Shown here one piece after another: positions 1-9,206 of a stretch of 64,000 bases of DNA. The DNA is from Dehalococcoidia bacterium (GTDB lineage: Bacteria; Chloroflexota; Dehalococcoidia; Bin125): contig OZ241962.1 of NCBI GenBank assembly GCA_965203995.1, forward strand, positions 300,453 through 364,452. The letters are read 5' to 3'. Both the position numbers and the translations under genes were made by a program. The notes under the pieces are model-generated. The model saw only the letters and a list, made by a program, of their open reading frames with translations. It searched no databases and had not been told where the DNA came from. Position 1 is the stretch's first letter. Each line of letters opens with the position of its first letter.

Positions 1-1
1 C

Positions 2-196
2 GAGGTGTTCGAGAATCCCGACAATCCAACCCTGTTGGTGGAATCGGAGGCGTTCGTCGCCTGGCGCTTGCCGTCCGAGCCGTGGGTCTTCGTAATCGAC
101 GGCGGCGGCGTGATCCGCTACGCCTTCGAAGGCGCGGTCACCGAGGAAGAATTGCGGTCGGCCGTCGAGTGGTTGGTGCAGGAGGCGGGCGGATAA
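2..196 (+). CDS. thioredoxin-fold (TlpA/redoxin-like) protein, C-terminal fragment; 5' end lies outside the window
   Basis: The frame is open from the window edge. The tail ...PWVFVIDGGGVIRYAFEG...EELRSAVEWL resembles the C-terminus of TlpA/ResA-type redoxins. The CxxC region is not in the window. Confidence 0.45.
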   Translation, partial: EVFENPDNPTLLVESEAFVAWRLPSEPWVFVIDGGGVIRYAFEGAVTEEELRSAVEWLVQEAGG

Positions 197-294
197 CCGG
201 AAGAGAGCATGCTCGGTTGCGGGAGGAGCGGCCGATTCGGTAGGGAACTCGGATCGCCGGACGGTTATGCTGTGTGGCGAGGGTGAGGAACGCT

Positions 295-1161
295 ATGGCG
301 TTGGCGGCTCCCGAGCGGGCCCAGATTCGGCAGCAGTTCGAAGCGATCGAGGGTCCGCTCAAGCTGGAGTACTTCCATCAGAGTCCCCGCCGGGTGATGG
401 TGCCGGGACGGCCGGACAAGCCGTCGTGCGAACTGGCGCAGGAGATCTACGAGGAGATCGCCTCGCTCTCGGACCAGATTTCGCTAACGATCTACGAACA
501 TGAAGATGAACCGGAACAGGTCGAACGCCGCGACATCGTCGATGTGCCCTGCGTCTTGATCCGGGGCGAACTGAACCGTCCCCTGCGTTTCTACGGTGCT
601 CCCAACGGTCACCTGCTCGTGGCGATGATCCGGGCAATGGTGCTCGCCTCAACCCGCCAGGCCAAACCCTCGGCCCAGATGAGGCGGGCACTGGGCAAGC
701 TGCGCCGGCCGACTCGGCTGCGGCTGCTGGGCTCGGTCATGGATCCGAACTCGGGACAGGCCGCGCTGGCCGCTTGCGCCGCCTCGCTGCTGTCGGCCAA
801 GCTCCAGACCGACGTGTTCGCCATCGAGGAATTCACCGAGATCGCCGCGCGCTCTGGCGTGAACGCGCTGCCGGCGCTGTTCATCGACGACCGGCTGTTC
901 GCCGCCGGACTGGTCGAGCCGCTGTCGATGGTGGAGTTCATCGGACTGTGGCAGTCTCGGCCGGAGAAAGCGCAGCTCAATCCGATTACCGCGCAACCCG
1001 GCACGGCGACTCCATGGCGTCCCCCTCAACCGGTGCACGACCACGCCGGACCACGCTCGATCGATCCGGTTGCCGCCGCCGCCGGCGCGGCGCGCGAGGC
1101 GGCCGTGACGCCAGAGGGCATGAGACGGACCGAAGGCGGGCTGATCGTCCCCAATCGGTAG
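295..1161 (+). CDS. thioredoxin/glutaredoxin-like fold protein (two-domain, PDO-like), no intact CxxC
   Basis: ATG at 295 is preceded by GGTGAGGAA. The track's GTG at 274 is less likely. The sequence looks like glutaredoxin-like-domain proteins (…VPCVLIRGE…, …LPALFIDDRLF…). The C-terminal tail is Pro/Ala-rich. Confidence 0.5.
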   Translation: MALAAPERAQIRQQFEAIEGPLKLEYFHQSPRRVMVPGRPDKPSCELAQEIYEEIASLSDQISLTIYEHEDEPEQVERRDIVDVPCVLIRGELNRPLRFYGAPNGHLLVAMIRAMVLASTRQAKPSAQMRRALGKLRRPTRLRLLGSVMDPNSGQAALAACAASLLSAKLQTDVFAIEEFTEIAARSGVNALPALFIDDRLFAAGLVEPLSMVEFIGLWQSRPEKAQLNPITAQPGTATPWRPPQPVHDHAGPRSIDPVAAAAGAAREAAVTPEGMRRTEGGLIVPNR

Positions 1162-1215
1162 TACGCTCAAAGCAGATTCCACTATTGCCATCGCGAAAGA
1201 CTGCGGAGATCCAAC

Positions 1216-2353
1216 GTGGCCGATGTAGCTGAATTGCGCGAGTCGCTGGAGGCCCTGACCGGTCGATTGACCGACATCCTGGAGCGTCTTTGACCTGTCC
1301 GGAGTTGAGGCCGAGATCGCGCGGCTGGAGACCCAGTCGACCGCGCCGGGATTCTGGGACGACGCCGAGCGCGCGCGCTCGGCAATGAAGCGGCTCGCCG
1401 CTCGGCAGCGAACGGTTGAGGTCTGGCGCGGTCTCGAGACGCGGCTGCGCGACGCGGTGGAACTGCTTGAACTCGCCGACGACGAGGAGTTGGCGCAGGA
1501 CCTGGCCAGCGAGGCGCGGACGATCGAAGAGGACTTGGAGCGGCGCTCGTTCGAGCTGGCCTTTTCCGGTCCCTACGATTCGCGGCCTGCCGTGATCTCG
1601 ATCTTCGCCGGCTCGGGCGGTGTCGATTCGCAGGACTGGACCGAGATGCTGCTGCGCATGTACCAGCGCTGGGCCGAGCGCTCCGGCTTCAGCGTCGACC
1701 TGGTCGACATCGTCCAGGGCGACGAGGCGGGGCTGAAATCGGCAACGCTCGAGGTACGCGGGGAGGCCGACGGCGGCGGCGCCTATGGCTGGCTGCGATC
1801 CGAGCATGGCGTCCACCGGCTGGTGCGCATCTCTCCCTTCGACCAGAACCACGCCAGGCACACCTCATTTGCCCGCGTCGAGATCATGCCCGAGACCGAG
1901 GATGCGGCCGAAGTCGAAATCGACGAAGACGACCTCAAGATCGACGTCTACCGCGCCTCGGGCAATGGCGGACAGAATGTACAGAAGAACTCGACCGCGG
2001 TGCGGATCACACACGTGCCGACGGGATTCGTGGTGAGCTGCCAGAACGAGCGCTCGCTCCGGCGCAACCGGGAATCGGCCATGCGCGTGCTTGAAGCGCG
2101 GCTGCTGATGCTGGAAGAGCAGAAGCGCGAAGAAGAGCGCCTGGCGATCCGCGGCGAACACATCGAGGCAGGCTGGGGCAATCAGATCCGCTCCTACGTG
2201 CTGCAGCCGTATCGCATGGTCAAGGACCTGCGCACGCAGCACGAAACGTCGGACACCGACGGCGTGCTGGACGGCGAGATCGGCCAGTTCTTGCGCGCCT
2301 CGTTGAAACACCAGATCGGCCAGGAAGCCCGTGGAGCGGAGGCGGTGGCATGA
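1216..2353 (+). CDS. prfB: peptide chain release factor 2, requires programmed +1 frameshift at 1288-1294
   Basis: GTG at 1216 opens a 25-codon frame-1 ORF (VADVAELRESLEALTGRLTDILERL) ending CTT TGA C. Shifting +1 joins frame 2 (DLSGVEAEIARLE...PGFWDD...). The body carries SPF and GGQ (RASGNGGQNVQK). Confidence 0.95.
1281..1294 (+). promoter_or_regulatory. prfB autoregulatory +1 frameshift site (SD-like GGAG, 3-nt spacer, CTT TGA C)
   Basis: The sequence GGAGCGTCTTTGAC has the same architecture as E. coli AGGGGGTATCTTTGAC. Confidence 0.9.
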
Positions 2354-3849
2354 GTCGAACAGTTCGGCTGTTCGGACTCGTCACAGCGGTCGTAGCGCTG
2401 GCAGCGTGGCTGCTGACGGCCTTCGTCGGCGCGCAATCGGTCGATCGGCCGACCGTGCAGGGCATGCGGTTCGAGAACAACTGGCCCGACTCGGTCACGG
2501 TGACGGCCCTGGTCGACAACGCAGCGGAAGTCGAATCGGCCACCTTCCTCTACGCCGTCCTGCCCGAGGGCGCGCTGACCCGCCAGCCGGCCGAGATCCA
2601 GACCGGCGATGTGACCCGGGTGACGGCAGAGTTTCCGACCCGCGATCCGATGCTCTGGATACCCGCCGGGGCCGACTTCGAGTGGCGCTGGGAGTTCAAG
2701 TACGAGTCAGGAGACACGTTCGAGACCGACTCGCAGATCTGGCGCTACGAGGATCCGCGTTTCGAATGGGAATCGCTCCAGGAGGGTGTTCTGGAAGTCG
2801 CCTTCTACGAGGACCGCGACACGGCCGAGACGATGCTGCGCGAGGGGCTGGCGGCGCTGGACGAGATTTCGCCGTTCCTGGGACTGGATGAGTTGATCCC
2901 GATCAAGGTCTACGTCTGGGCCAACACCGAGGATGCGCGCGAGGTGGAACGGATCCGCTCGGAGAGCTTCGAGGAGTCGGTGATCACCGGCGGCACGCGA
3001 GTGCTGGCCGACCTGGTCCACATCTACACGCCTTCGCGCTGGGTCGTCCGGCACGAACTGACCCACGTGCTGACCAAGCTGGCCGGCGAGGGACCGTATG
3101 GCGATCTGCCGGCCTGGCTGGACGAAGGCATGGCGACGCTCGCCGAGGGCGACTGGCTCGAACGCCGCGGCCAGGCGCTGCAGTTCGCGATAAACAACGA
3201 CATCGTGCTCTCCCTGCGCAGCATGGAGTCGCCGTCCAACCGGCCCGGCTTCGTCGACATCTTCTACGGCCAGTCGGCGGCCATCGTGCTCTACCTGATC
3301 AACGAGTACGGACCCGAGAACATGAACGACTTCTTCCAGGCGTTCAAGGAGGGGCAGTCGGTCGAGGATGCGTTGTCTTCGGTCTACGGCCACGACCGCG
3401 AAAGCCTCGAGAATGCCTGGCGCGACTCGGTCGGACTCCCGCCGCGTGAACCGGAAGAGGACCGTTCCACGCGGATCGAGGACGACGTGATCGGCGGTCC
3501 TGAGGTGGCCAACGCGGAGCAGTCGGAGGACGCCGGCAACGAGCAGCCGGAGGCCGACGAATCGCAGCAACAACAGGACGGGCAGCAGCAGGCTGCGTCG
3601 GAATCGGCCGTGCCGGTATCGCAGGACGAGAGCGAGCAAGCCGAACAGGCTTCCGCCTCGCGCTCCGAAGAGGAGATCGCCGAGCGTGTCGCCGAGATCG
3701 AGCGCCGCCAGGATCAGCGGCGCGACCGACCGATCTTCGAGGGCGCTGAGCCGTTCCCCTGGGAGTACCCGTTGATCGGCATCGCCGGCGCGCTGGTGCT
3801 GCTGAGCGGACTCATGCTGGCGCGAGTCCTGTCGCCGCGACGCGACTAG
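2350..3849 (+). CDS. membrane-anchored zinc metallopeptidase (peptidase MA-like)
   Basis: N-terminal signal/TM (LFGLVTAVVALAAWLL). HExxH motif (RHELTHVL) with downstream LDEGMA. Acidic E/Q-rich region and a C-terminal TM helix. ATGA overlap with the prfB stop. Confidence 0.65.
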   Translation: MSRTVRLFGLVTAVVALAAWLLTAFVGAQSVDRPTVQGMRFENNWPDSVTVTALVDNAAEVESATFLYAVLPEGALTRQPAEIQTGDVTRVTAEFPTRDPMLWIPAGADFEWRWEFKYESGDTFETDSQIWRYEDPRFEWESLQEGVLEVAFYEDRDTAETMLREGLAALDEISPFLGLDELIPIKVYVWANTEDAREVERIRSESFEESVITGGTRVLADLVHIYTPSRWVVRHELTHVLTKLAGEGPYGDLPAWLDEGMATLAEGDWLERRGQALQFAINNDIVLSLRSMESPSNRPGFVDIFYGQSAAIVLYLINEYGPENMNDFFQAFKEGQSVEDALSSVYGHDRESLENAWRDSVGLPPREPEEDRSTRIEDDVIGGPEVANAEQSEDAGNEQPEADESQQQQDGQQQAASESAVPVSQDESEQAEQASASRSEEEIAERVAEIERRQDQRRDRPIFEGAEPFPWEYPLIGIAGALVLLSGLMLARVLSPRRD

Positions 3850-3862
3850 CCGGCTTCGCGGA

Positions 3863-4759
3863 CTAGCGCTGTTGTGCGATTCGCGCGGCCCGGGTGACGT
3901 TGTTGAGCAGCATTGCCACAGTCATCGGCCCGACGCCGCCGGGCACAGGCGTGATCGCCCCCGCAACCTCGCTGACGGACGCGAAGTCGACATCTCCGAC
4001 CAGCCGGTAGCCGCGTTGGCGCGTGGCGTCGTCAACCCGGTTGATGCCGACGTCGATCACGGTCGCGCCCGGTCGGACCATGTCGGCGCTGACGGTGTTG
4101 GGCCGGCCGGCCGCGGCCACGACGATGTCCGCCTCCCGCGTGACGGCGGCGAGCTCGGGCGTGTTGGTGTGACAGACCGTCACGGTCGCGTTGGCGCCCT
4201 GCCGCTTTTGGGCCAGCATCGCCGCGAGCGGCATGCCCACCAGCCGGCTGCGGCCGACAATTGCCACGCGTTTGCCGCCCGGGTCGGCGCCGCTGCGCAC
4301 GAGGAGCTGCTGCACGCCGTGCGGCGTCGCCGGCAGGTAGCGTTCGCGCCCCTGCATGATCCGCCCCTGGTTGGTGGGATGCAGACCGTCCACATCCTTG
4401 AGCGGGTCGATCCGGTCAAGCAGTACGTCCGCGTCGACGCCCTCCGGCAGTGGGAGCTGGAGGATGATGCCGTGCACGTCGGGATCGGCGTTGAGCAGCT
4501 CGATACGGTCACGGATCCGGCGCTCGGTCTGCCTGGGTTCGAAGGCGGCCTCGATCCGGTGGATGACCACCTTGATCCCGGTCTCCCGACCGGCCCGCTC
4601 CTTGCCCCGCACGTAAGACGCCGAGGCCGGATCGTCGCCGACGAGCAACACCGCCAGGTGCGGCAGCAGGCCGCTCGCAATCATGTCCTCGACCTGCCGC
4701 GCCAGCGCTTCGCGGATGCCGGCGGCAATCGCCGCGCCGTCGATGATCGTCGCCGTCAT
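3863..4759 (-). CDS. folD: bifunctional 5,10-methylenetetrahydrofolate dehydrogenase/cyclohydrolase
   Basis: Full-length FolD pattern: MTATIIDG..., LVGDDPASASYVRGK, GRSRLVGMPLA, TPVPGGVGPMTVAML. Confidence 0.95.
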   Translation of the reverse strand: MTATIIDGAAIAAGIREALARQVEDMIASGLLPHLAVLLVGDDPASASYVRGKERAGRETGIKVVIHRIEAAFEPRQTERRIRDRIELLNADPDVHGIILQLPLPEGVDADVLLDRIDPLKDVDGLHPTNQGRIMQGRERYLPATPHGVQQLLVRSGADPGGKRVAIVGRSRLVGMPLAAMLAQKRQGANATVTVCHTNTPELAAVTREADIVVAAAGRPNTVSADMVRPGATVIDVGINRVDDATRQRGYRLVGDVDFASVSEVAGAITPVPGGVGPMTVAMLLNNVTRAARIAQQR

Positions 4760-4833
4760 GCCCTCAGCGTATGACAGCGTCCAAACCGACGGAGCGCTCT
4801 GCGAGCTCCACGACGTTGATACGCTGCTTTCCG

Positions 4834-5217
4834 ATGTTCGGCGACCTGACCTGCGGCGTGGACCTGTTGCTGCTGGAGCGCTTCGAAAGCGTGCTCAACC
4901 GGCATCCCGAGCGATTCCCGCGCCGCATCCTGACCGACCGTGAGCGGGAGTACTGCGGTAATCGATTGGCCGAGATGGCCGTGCGCTTCGCCGGCAAGGA
5001 AGCGGTGATGAAGTGTCTGGGCACCGGTGTCCGCGGGGTCAAGTGGAAAGAGATAGAGATTCTGGCCAACGCTCGCGGCAAGCCGGTCGTGATCCTGCAC
5101 GGCGGGGCCAGCGCTCGGGCCCACGAGATTGGCCTGGAGCGCATCGAGATTAGCCTGACTCACGAGAAGAACATGGTCTGCGCGTTCGCAGTCGGGCAGC
5201 CCCGCCCGCGGCCATAG
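4834..5217 (+). CDS. acpS: holo-[acyl-carrier-protein] synthase
   Basis: GVDLLLLERF..., FAGKEAVMKCLG and a C-terminal ISLTHE motif. ATG at 4834 gives the typical ~127 aa; the track ORF starts earlier at 4771. Confidence 0.85.
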   Translation: MFGDLTCGVDLLLLERFESVLNRHPERFPRRILTDREREYCGNRLAEMAVRFAGKEAVMKCLGTGVRGVKWKEIEILANARGKPVVILHGGASARAHEIGLERIEISLTHEKNMVCAFAVGQPRPRP

Positions 5218-5277
5218 CAATCACACCAGAGCGACCCGGTCGCCGCCAACGCCTCACTGGACACCTGGAGCATCGCG

Positions 5278-6969
5278 ATGAAACTGCTGACCTCGGAGGA
5301 GATGCGTGAGCTCGAACAGCGGGCCGAGGCGGCCGGCGTCTCGACCGACACGCTGATGGAGAACGCCGGGCTGGCGGTCGCGCAGGAAATCTGGATGCAG
5401 CTCGGCTCGCTCGAGGATCGGCGCATCGCAGTCCTCGTCGGACCGGGCAACAACGGCGGCGACGGCCTCGTAGCGGCGCGCCACCTGCACGAGTGGGGCG
5501 CGCAGGTCCGGGTCTACGCGCTGCGCGAGCGCTCGGACGCGCAGTGGAACCAGACGGTCGAGCAGGGCGTGCCCTGCGGCGCGGCAACCGACGACGAGAA
5601 CTTCGAAGCGCTGGAGGCGCTGCTGTCGGGCGCGGAGGCGATCATCGACGCCTTGCTGGGCACCGGCTCGTCGCGTCCGATTGCAGGCGACCTGGCCGAG
5701 ATCATGCAGCGTCTGGCGGCCGTGCGTTCGCGCACCGTCAAGCCCAAACTGGTCGCCGTCGACTTGCCCACCGGCCTCGACGCCGACAGCGGCCGGCTCG
5801 ATCCGCTGGCCGTGGCCGCCGACGAGACCGTGACCTTCCACGCGCCCAAGGTCGGTCTCTACATGCAACCGGGCGCGGGCGCGGCCGGATCGGTGCAGCA
5901 GGTCGAGATCGGGATTCCGCCCGGCCTGGACGAGGACCTGCAGACGGAGGTTCTGGAGCGTCGCGCGGCCAAGTCGCTGCTGCCCGCGAGACCGGCCGAC
6001 GCGCACAAGGGCACGTTCGGCCGGGTGCTGATCATTGGCGGCTCCGCCCGCTATCCCGGCGCCGCCGTGCTCGCCGCGCGCGGCGCCTACCGCGCCGGCG
6101 CCGGACTAGTCACGATTGCGACGCCGCAGTCGATCGCGATGTCGATGATCTCGGCGATCCCCGAAGCAACCTTGCTTCCCCTGCCCGAACACGACGACGG
6201 CGTCGTCTCCGGCCACGCCGCCTGGGAAGTCGTCCGCGACGAGCTGCCGGATGTGGATGCGGTCGTGCTGGGCTGCGGATTCGGCCGGCACGACCACAGC
6301 GGTGTGTTCGTGCGGCGCTTCCTGATCTCCGAGGAAGTCTCGGCCGTGCAGGGCATCGTGGTCGACGCCGACGGGCTCAACCTGCTCACCGCCGACCTGT
6401 CCGTCGTGCCCGCTGCGGTGGCGCCGCTGGTCCTGACTCCGCACCCGGGCGAGATGGGCCGCCTGACCGGGCTGTCGACCGAAGACGTGCAGGGCCGCCG
6501 GCTGACGCTGGCGCGTGAGCGGGCCGCCGAGTGGGGTTGCCACGTCGTGCTCAAGGGCGCGAACACGATCGTTGCGACTCCCGACCGACGGGCCCGTGTC
6601 TCCGAAGTGGCGCAACCGGCGCTGGCGACCGCCGGCACCGGCGACGTGCTGAGCGGCGCGATCGGCGCACTGATCGCGCAGGGACTGTCGCCCTTCGATG
6701 CGGCGACGCTGGGCGTCTACCTGCACGGCGACGCCGGAAATCGTGCGGCGCGGACGAACGGCACGATCGGCGTCACCGCAGGCGACGTGGCCGATCAGTT
6801 GGCGCTGGCCTCACGCTCACTGTCTGGCGAGGAACCGGTCGAGGCGCCGTCCATGGGCGGCTTCGGAGCCGGCCTGGGCGGAGGCATGGGCGATATGGGC
6901 GGCCTGGGCCAGATGGCCGGAGGCGGAGTCGGCGGCGGTCTCGAGGGTCTGCTGGGCGGTCCCCAGTAG
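5278..6969 (+). CDS. nnr: bifunctional NAD(P)H-hydrate repair enzyme (epimerase + ADP-dependent dehydratase) with Gly-rich C-terminal tail
   Basis: N-terminal YjeF_N (GPGNNGGDG) and C-terminal carbohydrate-kinase domain (HKGTFGRVLIIGGS..., GTGDVLSG). Has an unusual ~45-aa G/M-rich tail. Confidence 0.9.
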   Translation: MKLLTSEEMRELEQRAEAAGVSTDTLMENAGLAVAQEIWMQLGSLEDRRIAVLVGPGNNGGDGLVAARHLHEWGAQVRVYALRERSDAQWNQTVEQGVPCGAATDDENFEALEALLSGAEAIIDALLGTGSSRPIAGDLAEIMQRLAAVRSRTVKPKLVAVDLPTGLDADSGRLDPLAVAADETVTFHAPKVGLYMQPGAGAAGSVQQVEIGIPPGLDEDLQTEVLERRAAKSLLPARPADAHKGTFGRVLIIGGSARYPGAAVLAARGAYRAGAGLVTIATPQSIAMSMISAIPEATLLPLPEHDDGVVSGHAAWEVVRDELPDVDAVVLGCGFGRHDHSGVFVRRFLISEEVSAVQGIVVDADGLNLLTADLSVVPAAVAPLVLTPHPGEMGRLTGLSTEDVQGRRLTLARERAAEWGCHVVLKGANTIVATPDRRARVSEVAQPALATAGTGDVLSGAIGALIAQGLSPFDAATLGVYLHGDAGNRAARTNGTIGVTAGDVADQLALASRSLSGEEPVEAPSMGGFGAGLGGGMGDMGGLGQMAGGGVGGGLEGLLGGPQ

Positions 6970-7006
6970 GCCATACCATCAGGAACAAACCAGCGAGGAG
7001 GAACCA

Positions 7007-7333
7007 ATGAGCCGAGTCAGCTATAGCTGCACGATGCAGGAAGGCCAGGTCGCCGACGACGTCCGAGCCAAACTGGCGGATGGCTTGCGTCAGGTCACCA
7101 CCGACGTGCTGGGCGAAGCGCCGCACGACGTGCCGGTCGATTTCTCCGACATCCCAACCGGATTCGGATTCCGCGGCGGCGAGCCCTCCACGACGTCCCT
7201 GGTTCGGGGCAGCATCGTCGGCGGCGTCACCCAGGACGTGCGCGAAGACCTGATGCGCCGGATTTGCGACATGTGGATGGAGATCAGCGGATGCACCGTC
7301 GACGAACTGGTCGTCTCCGCCCGAGATACGTGA
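7007..7333 (+). CDS. tautomerase-fold-like small protein (no N-terminal Pro)
   Basis: ATG at 7007 follows GAGGAGG. 108 aa, with weak similarity to the downstream tautomerase-like paralogue. Confidence 0.45.
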   Translation: MSRVSYSCTMQEGQVADDVRAKLADGLRQVTTDVLGEAPHDVPVDFSDIPTGFGFRGGEPSTTSLVRGSIVGGVTQDVREDLMRRICDMWMEISGCTVDELVVSARDT

Positions 7334-7377
7334 ACTGAACCGCTAGCATGAACCCATAGCCGCCAACACGAGAGAGG

Positions 7378-7791
7378 ATGCCGCCAATGCCGTACTACCG
7401 ATGTGTCGTGCCCAGGGACTCCGTGCCCTATGACCAGCGCGCAGAAGTCGCCAGGGCGTTCACCGACATTCATTGCGGTTCGACCGGCGCGCCGCGCAGC
7501 TTCGTCCACGTCGTCTTCGACGAGCACGACGACCGCTGGGACACGCCGTACTACCTTGACGGCGGGAACCGCGCGGGCCGCCCGGAGGAGTTGAAGGCGC
7601 AGTTGCTGAACGACTTGATGTCGGCCTTCCGCGAGATCACCGGTGTGTCGTCGGCGGAGTTCGGCGGGCGGATCACCGAAGGTCCGGCGAGTTGGACGAT
7701 GGAAGGCGGGATGGTCTTGCCCGAGCCGGGCGAAGAGACCGCCGAGTGGTACGAGCACGACCTCCAGAGCCAGCCCGCTACCGGCGGCTAG
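7378..7791 (+). CDS. tautomerase family protein (Met-Pro N-terminus)
   Basis: 137 aa. Two possible MP starts (7378 or 7387), consistent with the catalytic Pro-1 of the 4-OT/cis-CaaD superfamily. The family call rests on pattern memory only. Confidence 0.5.
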   Translation: MPPMPYYRCVVPRDSVPYDQRAEVARAFTDIHCGSTGAPRSFVHVVFDEHDDRWDTPYYLDGGNRAGRPEELKAQLLNDLMSAFREITGVSSAEFGGRITEGPASWTMEGGMVLPEPGEETAEWYEHDLQSQPATGG

Positions 7792-7937
7792 CTCCGCAGC
7801 ACTTCGTCGCGCAAGCCGGGCTGTCCGACAGCCCGGTCTGCACTTGCCCAGCCCCGTGAGGTTGGTGCCGCCTGCATCCGGACACTCCGAACCCGGTGAC
7901 GGGGTAGGCTGAGTGCGCACTGATCTTGGGGGATCAA

Positions 7938-9179
7938 ATGGACGAGCGCATTGTGGTGACGGGGATGGGTGCGGTGACGGCGGTGGGCGCGACGGCGGCT
8001 CAGACCTGGCAATCGCTGGTCGCCGGACAGTCGGGCGTGCGGACCATTTCCATCTTCGATCCCTCCCGCCTCTCGGTGCGGATCGCGGCCGAGGTATCCG
8101 ACTGGAAACCGGATGACTACATGGCGCGCAAGGACGCGCGCCGCATGGATCGCTACTCCCAGTTCGCCATCGTCGCCTCGCAGGAGGCCGCCGCCGACGC
8201 CGGTTTCGATGGCGGATTCGACGGCTCCGACCGGGTCGGCGTGATGATCGGCACCGGCATCGGCGGGATCAGCACGACGCAGGAGCAGTTCCGCATTCTC
8301 GACTCGCGCGGCCCCGATCGCGTATCGCCGTTTGCCGTGCCGATGATGCTGCCCAACATGGGCTCCGGACAGGTCTCGATTGCCCTGCAGGCCCGGGGAC
8401 CCAATCTGGCGCCGATGTCGGCCTGCTCCTCCGCCGCCGACGCGTTCGGCCTCGCCGCCGAGACGATTCGCCGCAACGAAGCCGATGTCATGGTCGTCGG
8501 CGGCGCGGAAGCGCCGCTCTGCGAGATGGCGGTGGCCGGATTCGCCTCGGCGCGCGCGCTCTCGGGCCGCAATGAAGACCCTGCCGCCGCTTCGCGTCCC
8601 TTCGACGCCGAGCGTGACGGATTCGTCATGGGCGAAGGCGCAGCCGTGCTGGTACTTGAGCGAGCCGAACACGCCCTCGCACGAGGGGCCGAGATCGTGG
8701 CAGAACTATGCGGCTACGGCTCGGTCGGCGACGCCTATCACATCACCCAGCCCGCAGAGGGCGGCGACGGCGGCGTCCGCGCCATGTCGCTGGCGCTGGA
8801 GCGCTCCGACATCGAGCCGTCCGAGGTCGATTACATCAACGCGCACGGCACATCCACGCCGCTCAACGACAAGTTCGAGACGATGGCGATCAAGAGCGTC
8901 TTCGGCGAGTCGGCTTACGGTCTCTCCATCTCCTCGACCAAGTCGATGACCGGTCACCTGCTGGGAGCGGCGGGCGCCGTGGAGGCCGTGGCCACGGTCG
9001 AAGCGATCCGCTCGAACATGATTCCTCCAACGATCAACCTGCAGCATCCAGACCCCGACTGCGACCTCGACTACACGCCCAATGTCTGCCGCGAACGAGA
9101 GGTCCGCGTCGCCATCTCCAACTCGATGGGCTTCGGCGGACACAACGCCTGCCTCGTCTTCAAGCGCTGGGACGGCTGA
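7938..9179 (+). CDS. fabF: beta-ketoacyl-ACP synthase II
   Basis: RIVVTGMGAVT..., active-site Cys context (APMSACSS), HGTSTPLND and SNSMGFGGHNA motifs. ATG at 7938 follows GGGGGA. Confidence 0.93.
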   Translation: MDERIVVTGMGAVTAVGATAAQTWQSLVAGQSGVRTISIFDPSRLSVRIAAEVSDWKPDDYMARKDARRMDRYSQFAIVASQEAAADAGFDGGFDGSDRVGVMIGTGIGGISTTQEQFRILDSRGPDRVSPFAVPMMLPNMGSGQVSIALQARGPNLAPMSACSSAADAFGLAAETIRRNEADVMVVGGAEAPLCEMAVAGFASARALSGRNEDPAAASRPFDAERDGFVMGEGAAVLVLERAEHALARGAEIVAELCGYGSVGDAYHITQPAEGGDGGVRAMSLALERSDIEPSEVDYINAHGTSTPLNDKFETMAIKSVFGESAYGLSISSTKSMTGHLLGAAGAVEAVATVEAIRSNMIPPTINLQHPDPDCDLDYTPNVCREREVRVAISNSMGFGGHNACLVFKRWDG

Positions 9180-9206
9180 GCCCGGCGTCGGACAGGACCT
9201 GGAACC

